Below, in pieces: positions 19,008 to 28,763 of a stretch of DNA of 64,000 nt. Made by a program: the position numbers and the translations under genes. The DNA is from Christensenella sp. UBA7571 (lineage in GTDB: Bacteria; Bacillota; Clostridia; Christensenellales; CAG-917). The stretch is from contig DLLD01000015.1 in assembly GCA_002476605.1 (NCBI GenBank), forward strand, positions 9,694-73,693. The letters are read 5' to 3'. Each line of letters opens with the position of its first letter. The stretch's first letter is position 1. The notes beneath the pieces are model-generated. The model saw only the letters and a program-made list of their open reading frames with translations, did not search any database and was not told the DNA's origin.

Positions 19008-21566
19008 TTATTTAATTAAAAATTGAAGTGTGGGAAGATTGCCGTCTTCTATCGTCCACACGTCCTTGAAGTCAAAGCCCGTGTTGTCCGTAAACCACGT
19101 TTCGGAGCGGAACGAGCTCGTCGAGTCGGGGTCGGTTGATTTGAGGTTGCCCGTCTTGGTGATAACGAAGTTCTCGACGTCCTCACCGTCAACCACCGTA
19201 ACGGAGTAAACTTCACCGTTGAGCGAAAGCGTGTTTTGAGGATCGTACCAGCACTTGGTTACGGTCGAATTGTTTTCCATACTGCCGAAACCAAAGCCGA
19301 GGAAGAGTGCATTGGTATCGTTGTTTTTGAGCTCACCCGCTTCGTCTTCGACGGTGTTGTCAACCGCGATATTCACGAGCGTGAAGCAAGAGGAGATTGA
19401 CTTTTGAGAGTTTCTGCCCGCGATGCCCGCAACGTAAAGTCTGACGTTTTTCGTCTCTCTGTCGAGGCTTACGTCAATCGTGCCCGTTGAGTAGCAATAG
19501 TTGATTGCGCCGACGCTCGTCGTGGACGTGCCCGATTGCGATTTTCCGCTGAAATTGTTGCCGACGATACCGCCGATTGCGACGATACTTGCCGACTTGT
19601 TGAGAATGACTCTCATATCCGCGTCAACGTAGGAATTTCTCACGTAGCCTTCGTTCTTGCCGATGATACCGCCGATATTCACTGATTGCGAAAGCGATCC
19701 GCCAAGGATAGCGGGGCAACCGCCCGCACCGAAATTCACTTTGACAGACACTTTTTCAACTGCCGCCGCATTGTCCGCAACCGCACCGCCGAAGTACGCC
19801 GTGTTCGTCGCGATCATATTGTTGACTGTGTATACCTCAACTTCGCATTGAGAGACTTGACCGCCGTTTGTGCCCGCTATGCCGCCGATCTTGAAAGAGT
19901 CGCATCTGATTTCGTCTGGGGAAACGAACGCTTTGCCGTCCACGATAGTGGAAGAAGCCTTGTTTTCACCGACGATACCGCCGAAGATAAGAGACTTACT
20001 GTTTGATGTAAACGAAATCCTTCTCGTATCGCTTCCGAACGCGCTTCCGCCGATATAGCCCTTGTTTATGTCGCTTGCAACGCCTTGGTTGACCGCTACA
20101 ATACCGCCGACGGTAACTTTGTTGAGTTCGTTAAGGTTGAGCGTTGCCGACTTCACCGTAACGCCGTAAATCCTACCGCTGTTGACGGTTGCAACTACGC
20201 CGACGCGCACGTCGCTCACGTAACTTTCACCGTCTTTGACGACGGAAAGCGTGATATTTTCAAAAGTGAGATTTTCAAGCGTACCGCCGACGTAACCGAA
20301 CACGGAAGCGTGCGTGGTATCTCCAAAGATACCGCCCTTAATCGTTGCGCCGTTTTCACCGCCGTCAATCGTGCCTACAAAAACGTGAGACGCGTCGAAG
20401 AGAGGTTTGAAGACGTTAGTACCGAAGTTGATCGTGCCCGAGAACTTAATATCCGCGTCGAGAATTTCCTCGATTGCGACTTTTTCCTCGTCGGTGGGAT
20501 TTTCCTTGTGCAAAACGTCGTAAACGCTCTCGTATTGGTCAACGGAAGAGATTGCGATTTGCTTGGTCCACTTGGAATAAATCTTTACGATACCGCCCTC
20601 GAAATAGTTGTCAAAGTCACCCATTGCAAAAACGCGCGTGCCCGTTTGCTCGTCGTTTTCGTATTTGATATCGTTCTTGACCGTTTCTTTGTCGGAATTG
20701 ACGGTCTCGTAATACCATTTATCAAACTTGTAGCCCGAGATATTTTCGGGGACGTATTTGTCGCTTTCCGCAATCTTGTCAACGGAGCGCATTTCTTTGC
20801 TGTTGAGCACACTACCGTCTTTTGCAAGATATTGCAACGTAACCACGGGAAGCGTGGAGCGGAACATTGGATAGAGCGTCAACACGTCGGACGTGTTGTA
20901 AGTGAGCGTGTATTTGTCCAAAGACGCAACGTTGGTGTCCTTGTCGCTTGCAAGTGCGGTGAAACGCACGGGTTTGTTGTCTTTGTCAAGATAGAACCAG
21001 AAGCAGAACGTATCGTTCTCCGCCTCGGGGCAATCGAGATTGGTCTTGTCGTTGTACACGGATTTGACCTTTGCGTCCGCGCCGATAGTCATATCGTAGC
21101 CCGTCAAATTCTTGTACTCACCGTTATTGACGGTTATCGTGCCGTCCTCGTTGTAGGTGTACGTCGCGCCGAGAACGTAGTTATGATTGAACTCGTTGGG
21201 AGAATAATACGCCGAAAGCGTGGTGTTTTTGTTGATCGTTTGCGTATTGAAATCAAACTCTTTTTTGCCGTCTTCCGTCCAGTATTGGAAAGTGTATCCC
21301 GTCTTGGTGGGGATAACCTTTTCACCCTTATCGTTGGTGGGCGCTTTAATCTTCGAGCCTGCCACGACGCCCGTCAAAACGTTGTTTTCAAAGGTGTAAT
21401 TGCTCAACGTGTTGAAAGTAACGGTGTATTTTGCAACTTCGTATTGGTTGTTTCCGCCGTTATTATTATTGTCGTCGTCTCTGTCCGTTCTGTTGCAAGC
21501 AACGCAAACCGAGCAAAGAAGAACGACGAGCAAAATCGTGCAAGTGAGCGTGAGAATTTTCTTCAT
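19008..21566 (-). CDS. Large surface lipoprotein with InlB B-like repeats and GLUG-like motifs
   Basis: Lipobox VLLCSVCVAC; YTVTFNTLSNYTF...GYTFQYWTEDGKKEFDFNT; GGIVGENKASS, IGGIAGTNGGQV, IGGIIGKNEGYV, IGGIVGNNFSG repeats. Confidence 0.75.
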   Translation of the reverse strand: MKKILTLTCTILLVVLLCSVCVACNRTDRDDDNNNNGGNNQYEVAKYTVTFNTLSNYTFENNVLTGVVAGSKIKAPTNDKGEKVIPTKTGYTFQYWTEDGKKEFDFNTQTINKNTTLSAYYSPNEFNHNYVLGATYTYNEDGTITVNNGEYKNLTGYDMTIGADAKVKSVYNDKTNLDCPEAENDTFCFWFYLDKDNKPVRFTALASDKDTNVASLDKYTLTYNTSDVLTLYPMFRSTLPVVTLQYLAKDGSVLNSKEMRSVDKIAESDKYVPENISGYKFDKWYYETVNSDKETVKNDIKYENDEQTGTRVFAMGDFDNYFEGGIVKIYSKWTKQIAISSVDQYESVYDVLHKENPTDEEKVAIEEILDADIKFSGTINFGTNVFKPLFDASHVFVGTIDGGENGATIKGGIFGDTTHASVFGYVGGTLENLTFENITLSVVKDGESYVSDVRVGVVATVNSGRIYGVTVKSATLNLNELNKVTVGGIVAVNQGVASDINKGYIGGSAFGSDTRRISFTSNSKSLIFGGIVGENKASSTIVDGKAFVSPDEIRCDSFKIGGIAGTNGGQVSQCEVEVYTVNNMIATNTAYFGGAVADNAAAVEKVSVKVNFGAGGCPAILGGSLSQSVNIGGIIGKNEGYVRNSYVDADMRVILNKSASIVAIGGIVGNNFSGKSQSGTSTTSVGAINYCYSTGTIDVSLDRETKNVRLYVAGIAGRNSQKSISSCFTLVNIAVDNTVEDEAGELKNNDTNALFLGFGFGSMENNSTVTKCWYDPQNTLSLNGEVYSVTVVDGEDVENFVITKTGNLKSTDPDSTSSFRSETWFTDNTGFDFKDVWTIEDGNLPTLQFLIK

Positions 21567-21728
21567 ATAAGTTCTCCGAGCGAAGGCGCGATATTATGCG
21601 CGCCCGCGCTATTATGATTAGTATGAATAGATAGATAAATTATATTATACATATAAAGCGCGCCTTTTTCAACAAGTTTTTGTCGCCGAAGCGTTTTTAA
21701 CTCGTATTTAAGGCGCGTATTATAGTTT

Positions 21729-22388
21729 TTATGCAAATTTTTCAAAGTACGCTTTTGCGATTTGGTCTGCGGTTGCGCTTTGTTCAAGCGAGAGTAACGT
21801 TGCAATTTCGCTCTTCACGGTTGCATCGTTTATAGAGTAAGAGACCACCGCTTCTTCCCCGCTTTGCATACCGTCGCGAATTGCCGAAACGAGTGCGGTT
21901 GCAAGTTGCAACGCGGTGTTTCTATCTTCACCAATCACACAAACGCGCACTTTATCGTCGTCTTTGACTTGATAAACATCTTTTATTGCGTATTTGATGT
22001 TTTCACCTTGCTTGCCTACGTTGCTGAAAGGCGTATCTTCGCCGTCGCGCTCCAACGTGCAAACGGTCACGCTTTCGTCGCTTATAACGAAGCCGTAAAT
22101 TATAGTCTTGCCTTCGCTTTCGACGCTCAATCTCACGTAACTTTGAGCGGGCGCGGGCTTATTGTCTTGCATAAGCGCAAGTGCGGAAAACGCAAGCGCA
22201 CACACCAAAAGAAGTGCAAGCGCAATCCACAAAAGGCGCACCGCCGTGGTTTTATCAAAGGCGCGCAACGGCTCTTCACCCGTCAAAAGTCTGTTTATCG
22301 GGGCTTGCTGTGCGCGGGAAAAGACGTCGGGCACGGACTTTTCGTCGTGTTCGGTTTTGAGATTGTTTTTGATATCCCTAATCTTCAT
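21729..22388 (-). CDS. Single-pass membrane protein coupled to the ECF sigma factor; candidate anti-sigma/RsgI-like partner
   Basis: Cytoplasmic N-terminus, one TM (LLWIALALLLVCALAFSALALM), extracytoplasmic domain; overlaps the sigma factor ORF. Confidence 0.55.
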   Translation of the reverse strand: MKIRDIKNNLKTEHDEKSVPDVFSRAQQAPINRLLTGEEPLRAFDKTTAVRLLWIALALLLVCALAFSALALMQDNKPAPAQSYVRLSVESEGKTIIYGFVISDESVTVCTLERDGEDTPFSNVGKQGENIKYAIKDVYQVKDDDKVRVCVIGEDRNTALQLATALVSAIRDGMQSGEEAVVSYSINDATVKSEIATLLSLEQSATADQIAKAYFEKFA

Positions 22389-22917
22389 CTTTCCCCTCCT
22401 TTTGCAATTCTTTCTTTATTTTGGCAAGCGCGTTGTTGTATGCCCACAATATAGTTCCGAGCGGTTTTTCGAGCGTCTCGGCTATCTCTCTGTGCTTAAA
22501 TCCCGATATAACGTGCAAGGTGACTATCTGCCTTTCCTCGTCGCTGAGCACCTTGTTCATCGCTTTGGTGACGGGCGTGTCCTCCTCTTCCATATCGTAC
22601 GAGCCGAATCGTCCGTCGTCGCCGGTGGTGTCCGTCACGCTTTCGCGCTTGCGACGATTTAGCTCGTTGATGGTCACGTTCTTTGCTATCGTGTATAGCC
22701 AAGCGTATGCGTTAGAGCCCGCGCGATATTGCGATATGGTGGTTCTCAACCTTATATACGAGGTCTGCATCATATCTTCGGCAAGGTGATAATCGCGAGT
22801 CATAGACAAGAGGAACGCGAAAAGTCCGCGCTTGGTATCGTTGTAGATATTTTCAAACGCGGTTTCGTTGCCTTGTTGCAATTTGAGCATTTCTCTGTCC
22901 AATTCTTGCTTGGTCAT
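22378..22917 (-). CDS. ECF-type RNA polymerase sigma-70 family factor
   Basis: Region 2 FAFLLSMTRDYHLAEDMMQTSYIRL, region 4 VLSDEERQIVTLHVISGFKHREIAETLEKPLGTILWAYNNALAKIKK. Confidence 0.88.
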   Translation of the reverse strand: MTKQELDREMLKLQQGNETAFENIYNDTKRGLFAFLLSMTRDYHLAEDMMQTSYIRLRTTISQYRAGSNAYAWLYTIAKNVTINELNRRKRESVTDTTGDDGRFGSYDMEEEDTPVTKAMNKVLSDEERQIVTLHVISGFKHREIAETLEKPLGTILWAYNNALAKIKKELQKEGKDED

Positions 22918-23126
22918 AATTATATTTTAGCACACAAGTCAAGATATCTCAACTTTCTTTATTCAATGCGACGAGGATTGCGTTTTATCGTGCATTTGCT
23001 CGATATCGTGCGCGAATTTTGCAAAAATTTGCGATTTTTGGATATTCTTTTGATTATCTTTATGTTGATTTTATTGTGTTTTTATATTTTGGGTATATTA
23101 TCTATATATAAAATAGAGGAAAGAGT

Positions 23127-24683
23127 ATGCGCAATTACAAAAAAACGTCAATCTTGTTGGCTATGTGCCTTGCGTTCACGGTGCTTTGTGCCGTGTGTTT
23201 AATTGCGTGCAATTCCCTTACTCCCAACACCATTTCGTTCACGCCAAAAGCGACCTCTTACGTCAGCGTAGACGTCAATCCGTCAATAGAGCTCGTACTC
23301 GATCAAAACGACGAAGTTATGAGCGTCACGGGTGCGAACGAGGACGCAAGAGTGCTCTTATTCAGAGAAGACGGCATCGTCGGCGCAAAGGTGAACGTCG
23401 CAATCGAAAATATTGCCGCTCTTGCCGTTGAATACGGATATCTCAAAGAGGAAAACGCAACCGTCGACGTGTGCGTGGTATCCTCGTCTGACGATAAGCA
23501 AAACGACCTCTTCAAGTCTATATCAGACTCCTTTATAAAAGGCGTGCAAGAGCAAAACGAGTCGCTTTGCGTGTCTATCACAAACGAAATCAGCTTGTCT
23601 CTCAATACGGAACTTGCAAAGCTCAAATCACAATACTCGGCGGATGAGAATATTCAATCTTTGTCCGTTGGTGACTTCAAGCTCGTAAAGCGCGCAATGG
23701 AAACCGATCCGTCTCAAAACTACCAAGATTTGGCGAGCAAAAGCACGGAAGAGTTGTTGTCTATCGCTTCCGTCTTGCAAAACAACGCCGACGCAACGTA
23801 CGGCGACGCGTACAAAAAACAAGTGGACAAGGCAAAACTCGTGTACAACAACACGGTGCAAACGCTTGAAGGCACTTTCTACGTAAAACACTTTGCAACC
23901 AAGGCACTCTCAAATTATACCGAGGCAATGGCAAACCTTGCAAAAACCTCAAGCGCAATCAAGTATACCGCCGCAAACGCGTATTTGCTTTCCCTCACCT
24001 ACTATCAAACGAGATTTGCAAGCTATTTTGCAAACCCCACCTACACGATATCGCAAGACGCAATATCCAAGATTGCAACCGCACTCGGAGTGTACGAAGA
24101 CGATTTTGAAAAGGCAATCGACGCATCTACGGTCAAAGACGGCGTGCAAATATCCAAAAGCGATCTCGAATTTTTCGTCGACAAACTCTATCGCAACGCA
24201 AGCGAGCAAGAAAAGGCGCGCCTTGCAAGCGTGTACGAAAATATTTGCAACGAGTATCTCGTAACCGCCGACAAGGACGAGGAGGATATGCAGTTCTCAA
24301 TCGACGACGTGGACAAGCGCATACTCACTATCAAAGCCACCCTTGCGACGCCTCAAATGACGCTTATGCTCAATCTCGCAGGCTTCGATATCGACGATAT
24401 ACTCGGTCAATGCAAGCCCGAAAACGTGGACTACGACGATTATTCCAGCATAGATAAAGCAATCGCTTCCCTCAAAGAGTTTGCGCAATCGGCAAAGAAA
24501 GATATGGCACTCACCGAAGAGGACGAAGCGCAAGTTAAAGAAGATTTTTCATCGGTGCAATCAACGCTTGACGACGCACTGCAAATCTTCAATAAAGCAA
24601 AAGAAAAAGCCGTAAACGACGCAATTGACTATATTCTCTCAATAAAAGCAAGTCGCAAAAACGACAGTAAAAATCGAATTTAA
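23127..24683 (+). CDS. Lipoprotein with an RsgI-like extracytoplasmic domain
   Basis: Lipobox CAVCLIAC; YVSVDVNPSIELVLDQNDEVMSVTGANEDARVLLF matches the conserved region after the TM of RsgI anti-sigma factors. Confidence 0.7.
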   Translation: MRNYKKTSILLAMCLAFTVLCAVCLIACNSLTPNTISFTPKATSYVSVDVNPSIELVLDQNDEVMSVTGANEDARVLLFREDGIVGAKVNVAIENIAALAVEYGYLKEENATVDVCVVSSSDDKQNDLFKSISDSFIKGVQEQNESLCVSITNEISLSLNTELAKLKSQYSADENIQSLSVGDFKLVKRAMETDPSQNYQDLASKSTEELLSIASVLQNNADATYGDAYKKQVDKAKLVYNNTVQTLEGTFYVKHFATKALSNYTEAMANLAKTSSAIKYTAANAYLLSLTYYQTRFASYFANPTYTISQDAISKIATALGVYEDDFEKAIDASTVKDGVQISKSDLEFFVDKLYRNASEQEKARLASVYENICNEYLVTADKDEEDMQFSIDDVDKRILTIKATLATPQMTLMLNLAGFDIDDILGQCKPENVDYDDYSSIDKAIASLKEFAQSAKKDMALTEEDEAQVKEDFSSVQSTLDDALQIFNKAKEKAVNDAIDYILSIKASRKNDSKNRI

Positions 24684-24720
24684 TTTTGTCAAGCATAGCT
24701 TGAAACCTTTTATCCCCTAT

Positions 24721-24755
24721 ATGAAAAAGCGTGCATAAATTGCACGCTTTTTCAT
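24721..24755. terminator. Bidirectional terminator between convergent genes
   Basis: ATGAAAAAGCGTGCA-TAAAT-TGCACGCTTTTTCAT, 15-bp perfect arms. Confidence 0.85.
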
Positions 24756-24771
24756 ATTCTCACAGTCTCTA

Positions 24772-26262
24772 TTATTTCAACGCTCTGAAATAAACTATCT
24801 TGTCTCCCTCTTTCGTCGGCGTTTCGAGCGTCGGATTTTGCGCTCTTACGTCGTCGGGCATTGCGGATAGTGCTTTGCAAATATCGAGCATTTCCTCACC
24901 CTCGGAAGCCACGTATACGGACAATGCGGACGTGTTGGTGACTCTTGCCTCACCCACCGTGACTGCGGATATGTAGTCCGCTTGCAAGTCGGAATATCCG
25001 CACGCTTTGACCGCTATATCCATAACGATATCGAATTCTCTTTCTCTGACGATACTTGCGTCTATTCTTTGCACGTCGGAATGCACCTTGACCTCTTTGG
25101 AGAACGGAATTTCGCTTGCAACCGCCACCGCGAACGGAATTTCCGCACGCACCGCGTTGTAACCGTTTTCGTCCGTATAAATAATATCGGTGTTGACGAC
25201 GCCCTCGACCACGAGTCTGTTGTCCTCGGTGACGTACGAGCGAGTTGTATAGCACCTTGCGTACGGCATTGCGCACACTTGAAGTGCGGCGGGCTTGTTG
25301 TCTCCGAGCATTGCCGTTCCGCTCACGCCTTGCATAAAGTATCCGCAACCGTCAAAGCATTGATAATTTGCGCTCTTGCGCTCGATTTCCGTCTCGTTGG
25401 AGAGCATAAAGAGGTCGCTTACGATTTCCGTTTTGGAGCATCTAAACGCGCCGACTTTGATTTGCACTTCACCTTCGACTCTAATAACGTTGTCGTCCGT
25501 CACGCCTTGAAGCACCACTTTTGCCGTCTTTACGCACGCTTCGACTTTGATTGCGTCCGACGGAGTAACGCCGTCAAGACTGAATTCGTCCTCTATGGGA
25601 ATATTGAAAGCGCGTTGCTTAATTTCACCGTTTTCGACGTACGTTACGTTGGCAATCACTTGGAATTTGGTTTTCGCACCGCCGTCGGTTGCGATGGATT
25701 GCTTGGGAATACACACGGTATTGAGCCCGAGCACCACGCTTATTTCACCGCCCACGTCCGCCTCGTCGTCAAAGGGTACGGACGACGTTTTGGTTGCGAT
25801 AAAGGACGGCACGTATATCTCTTTGGTGGTGGTATAGCAGTCCTCGCAAGAGGTGAGCATCTCTATCTCGTCGCGCTTGATTGCGCTTGCTCTTATGTCG
25901 AGAACGGCGGTCAATGACAATCTATCCGTCGCGCCTACGTCCGCTTCGGTGACGTATATGTCGCAACGAGCGTTGTCTCCCTCCGCAAATTCTCCGTCCA
26001 CTCTCACTTCAAAATCGGCGTTGTAATCCACGCCTCTTGCCACGCCCTCTTTATCGAGGTAGATAAGTCGGAAATTGGTTCGTCCGCTCACTTGCACGTA
26101 TCCGTCGTGCGCTTCTACGGTCGTGCTTTTTGCGTCAACCGCAAGCGACAACACTTTTGCGACGTTGCTCATATCAACGTCTTGCGGTGAAAACTCAACC
26201 ACTCTCTCGACGGACGGCGCGGTGTAAAATTTGCTTGCACTTATTTTCTCAAAATTGAACAT
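24772..26262 (-). CDS. DUF3794 (SPOCS)-domain protein with a degenerate C-terminal LysM-like segment; start at MFNFEKISASKFY
   Basis: Repeated SPOCS-like blocks (GYVQVSGRTNFRLIYLDKEG; DDNVIRVEGEVQIKVGAF; DNRLVVEGVVNTDIIYTDENG); C-term EGEEMLDICKALSAMPDDVRAQNPTLETPTKEGDKIVYFRAL. Confidence 0.75.
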   Translation of the reverse strand: MFNFEKISASKFYTAPSVERVVEFSPQDVDMSNVAKVLSLAVDAKSTTVEAHDGYVQVSGRTNFRLIYLDKEGVARGVDYNADFEVRVDGEFAEGDNARCDIYVTEADVGATDRLSLTAVLDIRASAIKRDEIEMLTSCEDCYTTTKEIYVPSFIATKTSSVPFDDEADVGGEISVVLGLNTVCIPKQSIATDGGAKTKFQVIANVTYVENGEIKQRAFNIPIEDEFSLDGVTPSDAIKVEACVKTAKVVLQGVTDDNVIRVEGEVQIKVGAFRCSKTEIVSDLFMLSNETEIERKSANYQCFDGCGYFMQGVSGTAMLGDNKPAALQVCAMPYARCYTTRSYVTEDNRLVVEGVVNTDIIYTDENGYNAVRAEIPFAVAVASEIPFSKEVKVHSDVQRIDASIVREREFDIVMDIAVKACGYSDLQADYISAVTVGEARVTNTSALSVYVASEGEEMLDICKALSAMPDDVRAQNPTLETPTKEGDKIVYFRALK

Positions 26263-26307
26263 ATACTCCTCCGTTTCACAAAAACATATTCTCAAAAGTC
26301 TTGCGAT

Positions 26308-26583
26308 ATGACGAATAAATTTCAAATTATCGGCAAAAATTATCGTATGAGAGAAATCGGACAATCAATCGCAGGCGCAAAAGAAAGAGTGCAAAAACTC
26401 GTGGGCATACCCGTGCTTATGAAAATCAATACCGGAAGAGGCAAATCCACTCTTCTCAAAGGCGAAGTTACGGCGGTATTTCCCGCAGTGTTCACCGTCA
26501 AATCCGACGACGGACAAAACCGCACCTTTTCATACTGCGACGTGCACACCAAAAACGTGCTTTTCCTCCCTCGCAAAGACTGA
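26308..26583 (+). CDS. veg: Veg family protein
   Basis: IAGAKERVQKLVGIPVLMKINTGRGKSTLLKGEVTAVFPAVFTVK layout as in Veg; short and in the expected size range. Confidence 0.75.
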   Translation: MTNKFQIIGKNYRMREIGQSIAGAKERVQKLVGIPVLMKINTGRGKSTLLKGEVTAVFPAVFTVKSDDGQNRTFSYCDVHTKNVLFLPRKD

Positions 26584-26757
26584 AAATCCTATTTGTAAAT
26601 ACTATGCGTATAAATACGATATTCTGCGTATAAGAAACGAGATTTTGGAAATAATCGAAATATAAAACGCAAAATCAACGCAAACCGTATCGATTTTCAA
26701 ACAGCCCCAAAAGACGAAAACCATTGGCTTTCGCTCCTCATAATACTTCCCCTTATC

Positions 26758-26793
26758 AAGCAAAAGGCCGTCGCTATGGACGGTCTTTTGCTT
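26758..26793 (+). terminator. Terminator hairpin downstream of veg
   Basis: AAGCAAAAGGCCGTC-GCTATG-GACGGTCTTTTGCTT; the one wobble is G-U on the + strand. Confidence 0.7.
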
Positions 26794-26861
26794 ATATAAT
26801 ATATTCGTAATATTTAGTTTGGATATCTTAACCTTATTGGGTTATTGCCTATCGTCGACCT

Positions 26862-28757
26862 TTACTCTTCCGTATCGTTTTGGGGCTCGTCGATGAGCAT
26901 CGGTTTTCTCTTCTTTACGACTATCACGACGACGGTGATTATTGCCGCAAGCGCAATCGTAAGCCCTACGATGAGCATTGACAAGTCGAGAGGACGGAGT
27001 ATAAACGGCTTGACGACGGCGGTGAATTTGTATTGGAAATCGACTATCGAATTATCCCCGAAGCGTGCCGTGATATAATACGTGCCCGCTTTCTTTGGCG
27101 TGAAATCAAAGGTTGCGCCCGATGCTACGTACTCACCGTTGACGTACCACTTGGTCTCGATATCGGGGTCGAGATATTTTACGCCCGTAAGCGCAAAGGT
27201 CGTCGTTTCGGTAGTATAAAGCGTTGCGCTCGACGGCGCGATCGATACGTCTTCACCCGCTCTGCTTGCAAGAGTGACGCGCACTTCACCAACGTAATAT
27301 TTGCCGTATTCTACGTGCACTTGTTGATACGTTTCGAGATCGTAATAAGGCAATTTTGCTCTGACGATATAATCTCCGCCGCCCTCTGCGACGAAAGTTA
27401 CGCTCTTGCCTTTGCCGAGAGAATACTCGTCAATAACGGTAGTATCGTCCGCATTTTTTATCTTTTGCGCAACCCACTCGACGCTATTCTCGACCAAAGG
27501 ATCTACCGCACCGAGAGGAGCAAGTTGCACGTACAACTCGACGGGAGTTATTGCGTCCGCGCGCATATAAACCATATCGGTGTAATCACCCTCACCAAGC
27601 GTGCCGTTGTGAACGAGCGTCATTTCGGTAGGAGTCAAATATCCGAGGTTTACGTCGTCGAGATTTGCGCTTGCAACCGTCAAAAGATTGAGCGCGGGGA
27701 ACGTGTATGCGGGGCTAACGGAAGTCGCGCTTACGCTCACCGTCTTGGGGTAATTCATTTTGCAAACGAGTCTTGCAATCTTTCTTGCGTCGACGTCTCT
27801 TGCTTGCACTTTGCAGCGGAGTTTCAAAAGCGCGCTTGCAAAACTCACGCTACCCGCCGAAAGACTAGTGCCCGTTACGTTGTCATATTTGCTCTCGGCA
27901 TTGAAATCGTTGTAGCCTTTTGAGGTATAGATATCTTGTCCCGGGGCGCAAATGTCCGTCGTATCGTGATAGAAGGACGAAGCGTACAAATTGCCGTCGC
28001 TTCCTTGGTTGGCAACTGATATTACGTTTGGTAAAGAAGCGGGATAGAACGCTTGATTTCTGCTGTCCGAACTCGATTGTCTGTTGCCCGCCGCTGCCAC
28101 GATTACGGAAGTTTCGCTTGCCTTGGACACCGCCACTTCAAAGGCGTTGCGCAAGGACGATCCATTTTGACTATAATTCTTTTGCGGAAAACCGAGCGAC
28201 ATATTGATAACGTCCGCTTTTGCGTTGCTTTGCGCCCACTCCACCGCCTTGGTGAGGCTTGCAATGGTGAAGTTGCTGTCACCCTTATCCGCTTTTATAG
28301 GGTAAATCTTGATATAATCTTCAAGTCCGAACTCTTTTATAAGCATTGCGATAACGCCCGCAATTTCAGAACCGTGCTTGGTGGTATTGTCGGAGATATC
28401 CACGCTTCCGTCGGAGTTTACACCGTTCGTGTTGTATCCGAGCACTTCGCCTTTATCGTTTTTGGCAAGAACGTCGTCAAAAAGCTCGTGCGCGGTATCG
28501 ATACCCGTATCTATCACCGCAATGACGATAGGCTCGTTTATACGGCTCAAATCCCACGTATCAACGACGGCTTTTGCGCCTTGAACGTCCAAAAAACCGT
28601 CCTTGTAATAGGACAAATTTGCCGTGTCCTTTCCACCCCAACTCGTCGCATACGCAACGGACGGAGCGGGAATAAGCACGGCAAAAAGCACGCTTGTAAG
28701 TAGCACAAGCACCGCTATTATCGCAATTATTCTCTTATTTGCAAGAGTAAGTTTCAT
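26862..28757 (-). CDS. S8 (subtilisin-like) serine peptidase with C-terminal membrane anchor
   Basis: VIAVIDTGIDTAHELF, HGSEIAGVIA, GTSLSAGSVSFASALLKL catalytic motifs; signal peptide; C-terminal TM then KKRKPML. Confidence 0.88.
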   Translation of the reverse strand: MKLTLANKRIIAIIAVLVLLTSVLFAVLIPAPSVAYATSWGGKDTANLSYYKDGFLDVQGAKAVVDTWDLSRINEPIVIAVIDTGIDTAHELFDDVLAKNDKGEVLGYNTNGVNSDGSVDISDNTTKHGSEIAGVIAMLIKEFGLEDYIKIYPIKADKGDSNFTIASLTKAVEWAQSNAKADVINMSLGFPQKNYSQNGSSLRNAFEVAVSKASETSVIVAAAGNRQSSSDSRNQAFYPASLPNVISVANQGSDGNLYASSFYHDTTDICAPGQDIYTSKGYNDFNAESKYDNVTGTSLSAGSVSFASALLKLRCKVQARDVDARKIARLVCKMNYPKTVSVSATSVSPAYTFPALNLLTVASANLDDVNLGYLTPTEMTLVHNGTLGEGDYTDMVYMRADAITPVELYVQLAPLGAVDPLVENSVEWVAQKIKNADDTTVIDEYSLGKGKSVTFVAEGGGDYIVRAKLPYYDLETYQQVHVEYGKYYVGEVRVTLASRAGEDVSIAPSSATLYTTETTTFALTGVKYLDPDIETKWYVNGEYVASGATFDFTPKKAGTYYITARFGDNSIVDFQYKFTAVVKPFILRPLDLSMLIVGLTIALAAIITVVVIVVKKRKPMLIDEPQNDTEE

Positions 28758-28763
28758 TTTACG

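Noticed and set aside
20085-21617. 510-aa ORF antisense to the large GLUG-like lipoprotein
   Set aside because: Shadow ORF; the sense frame has a signal peptide, lipobox and repeat motifs
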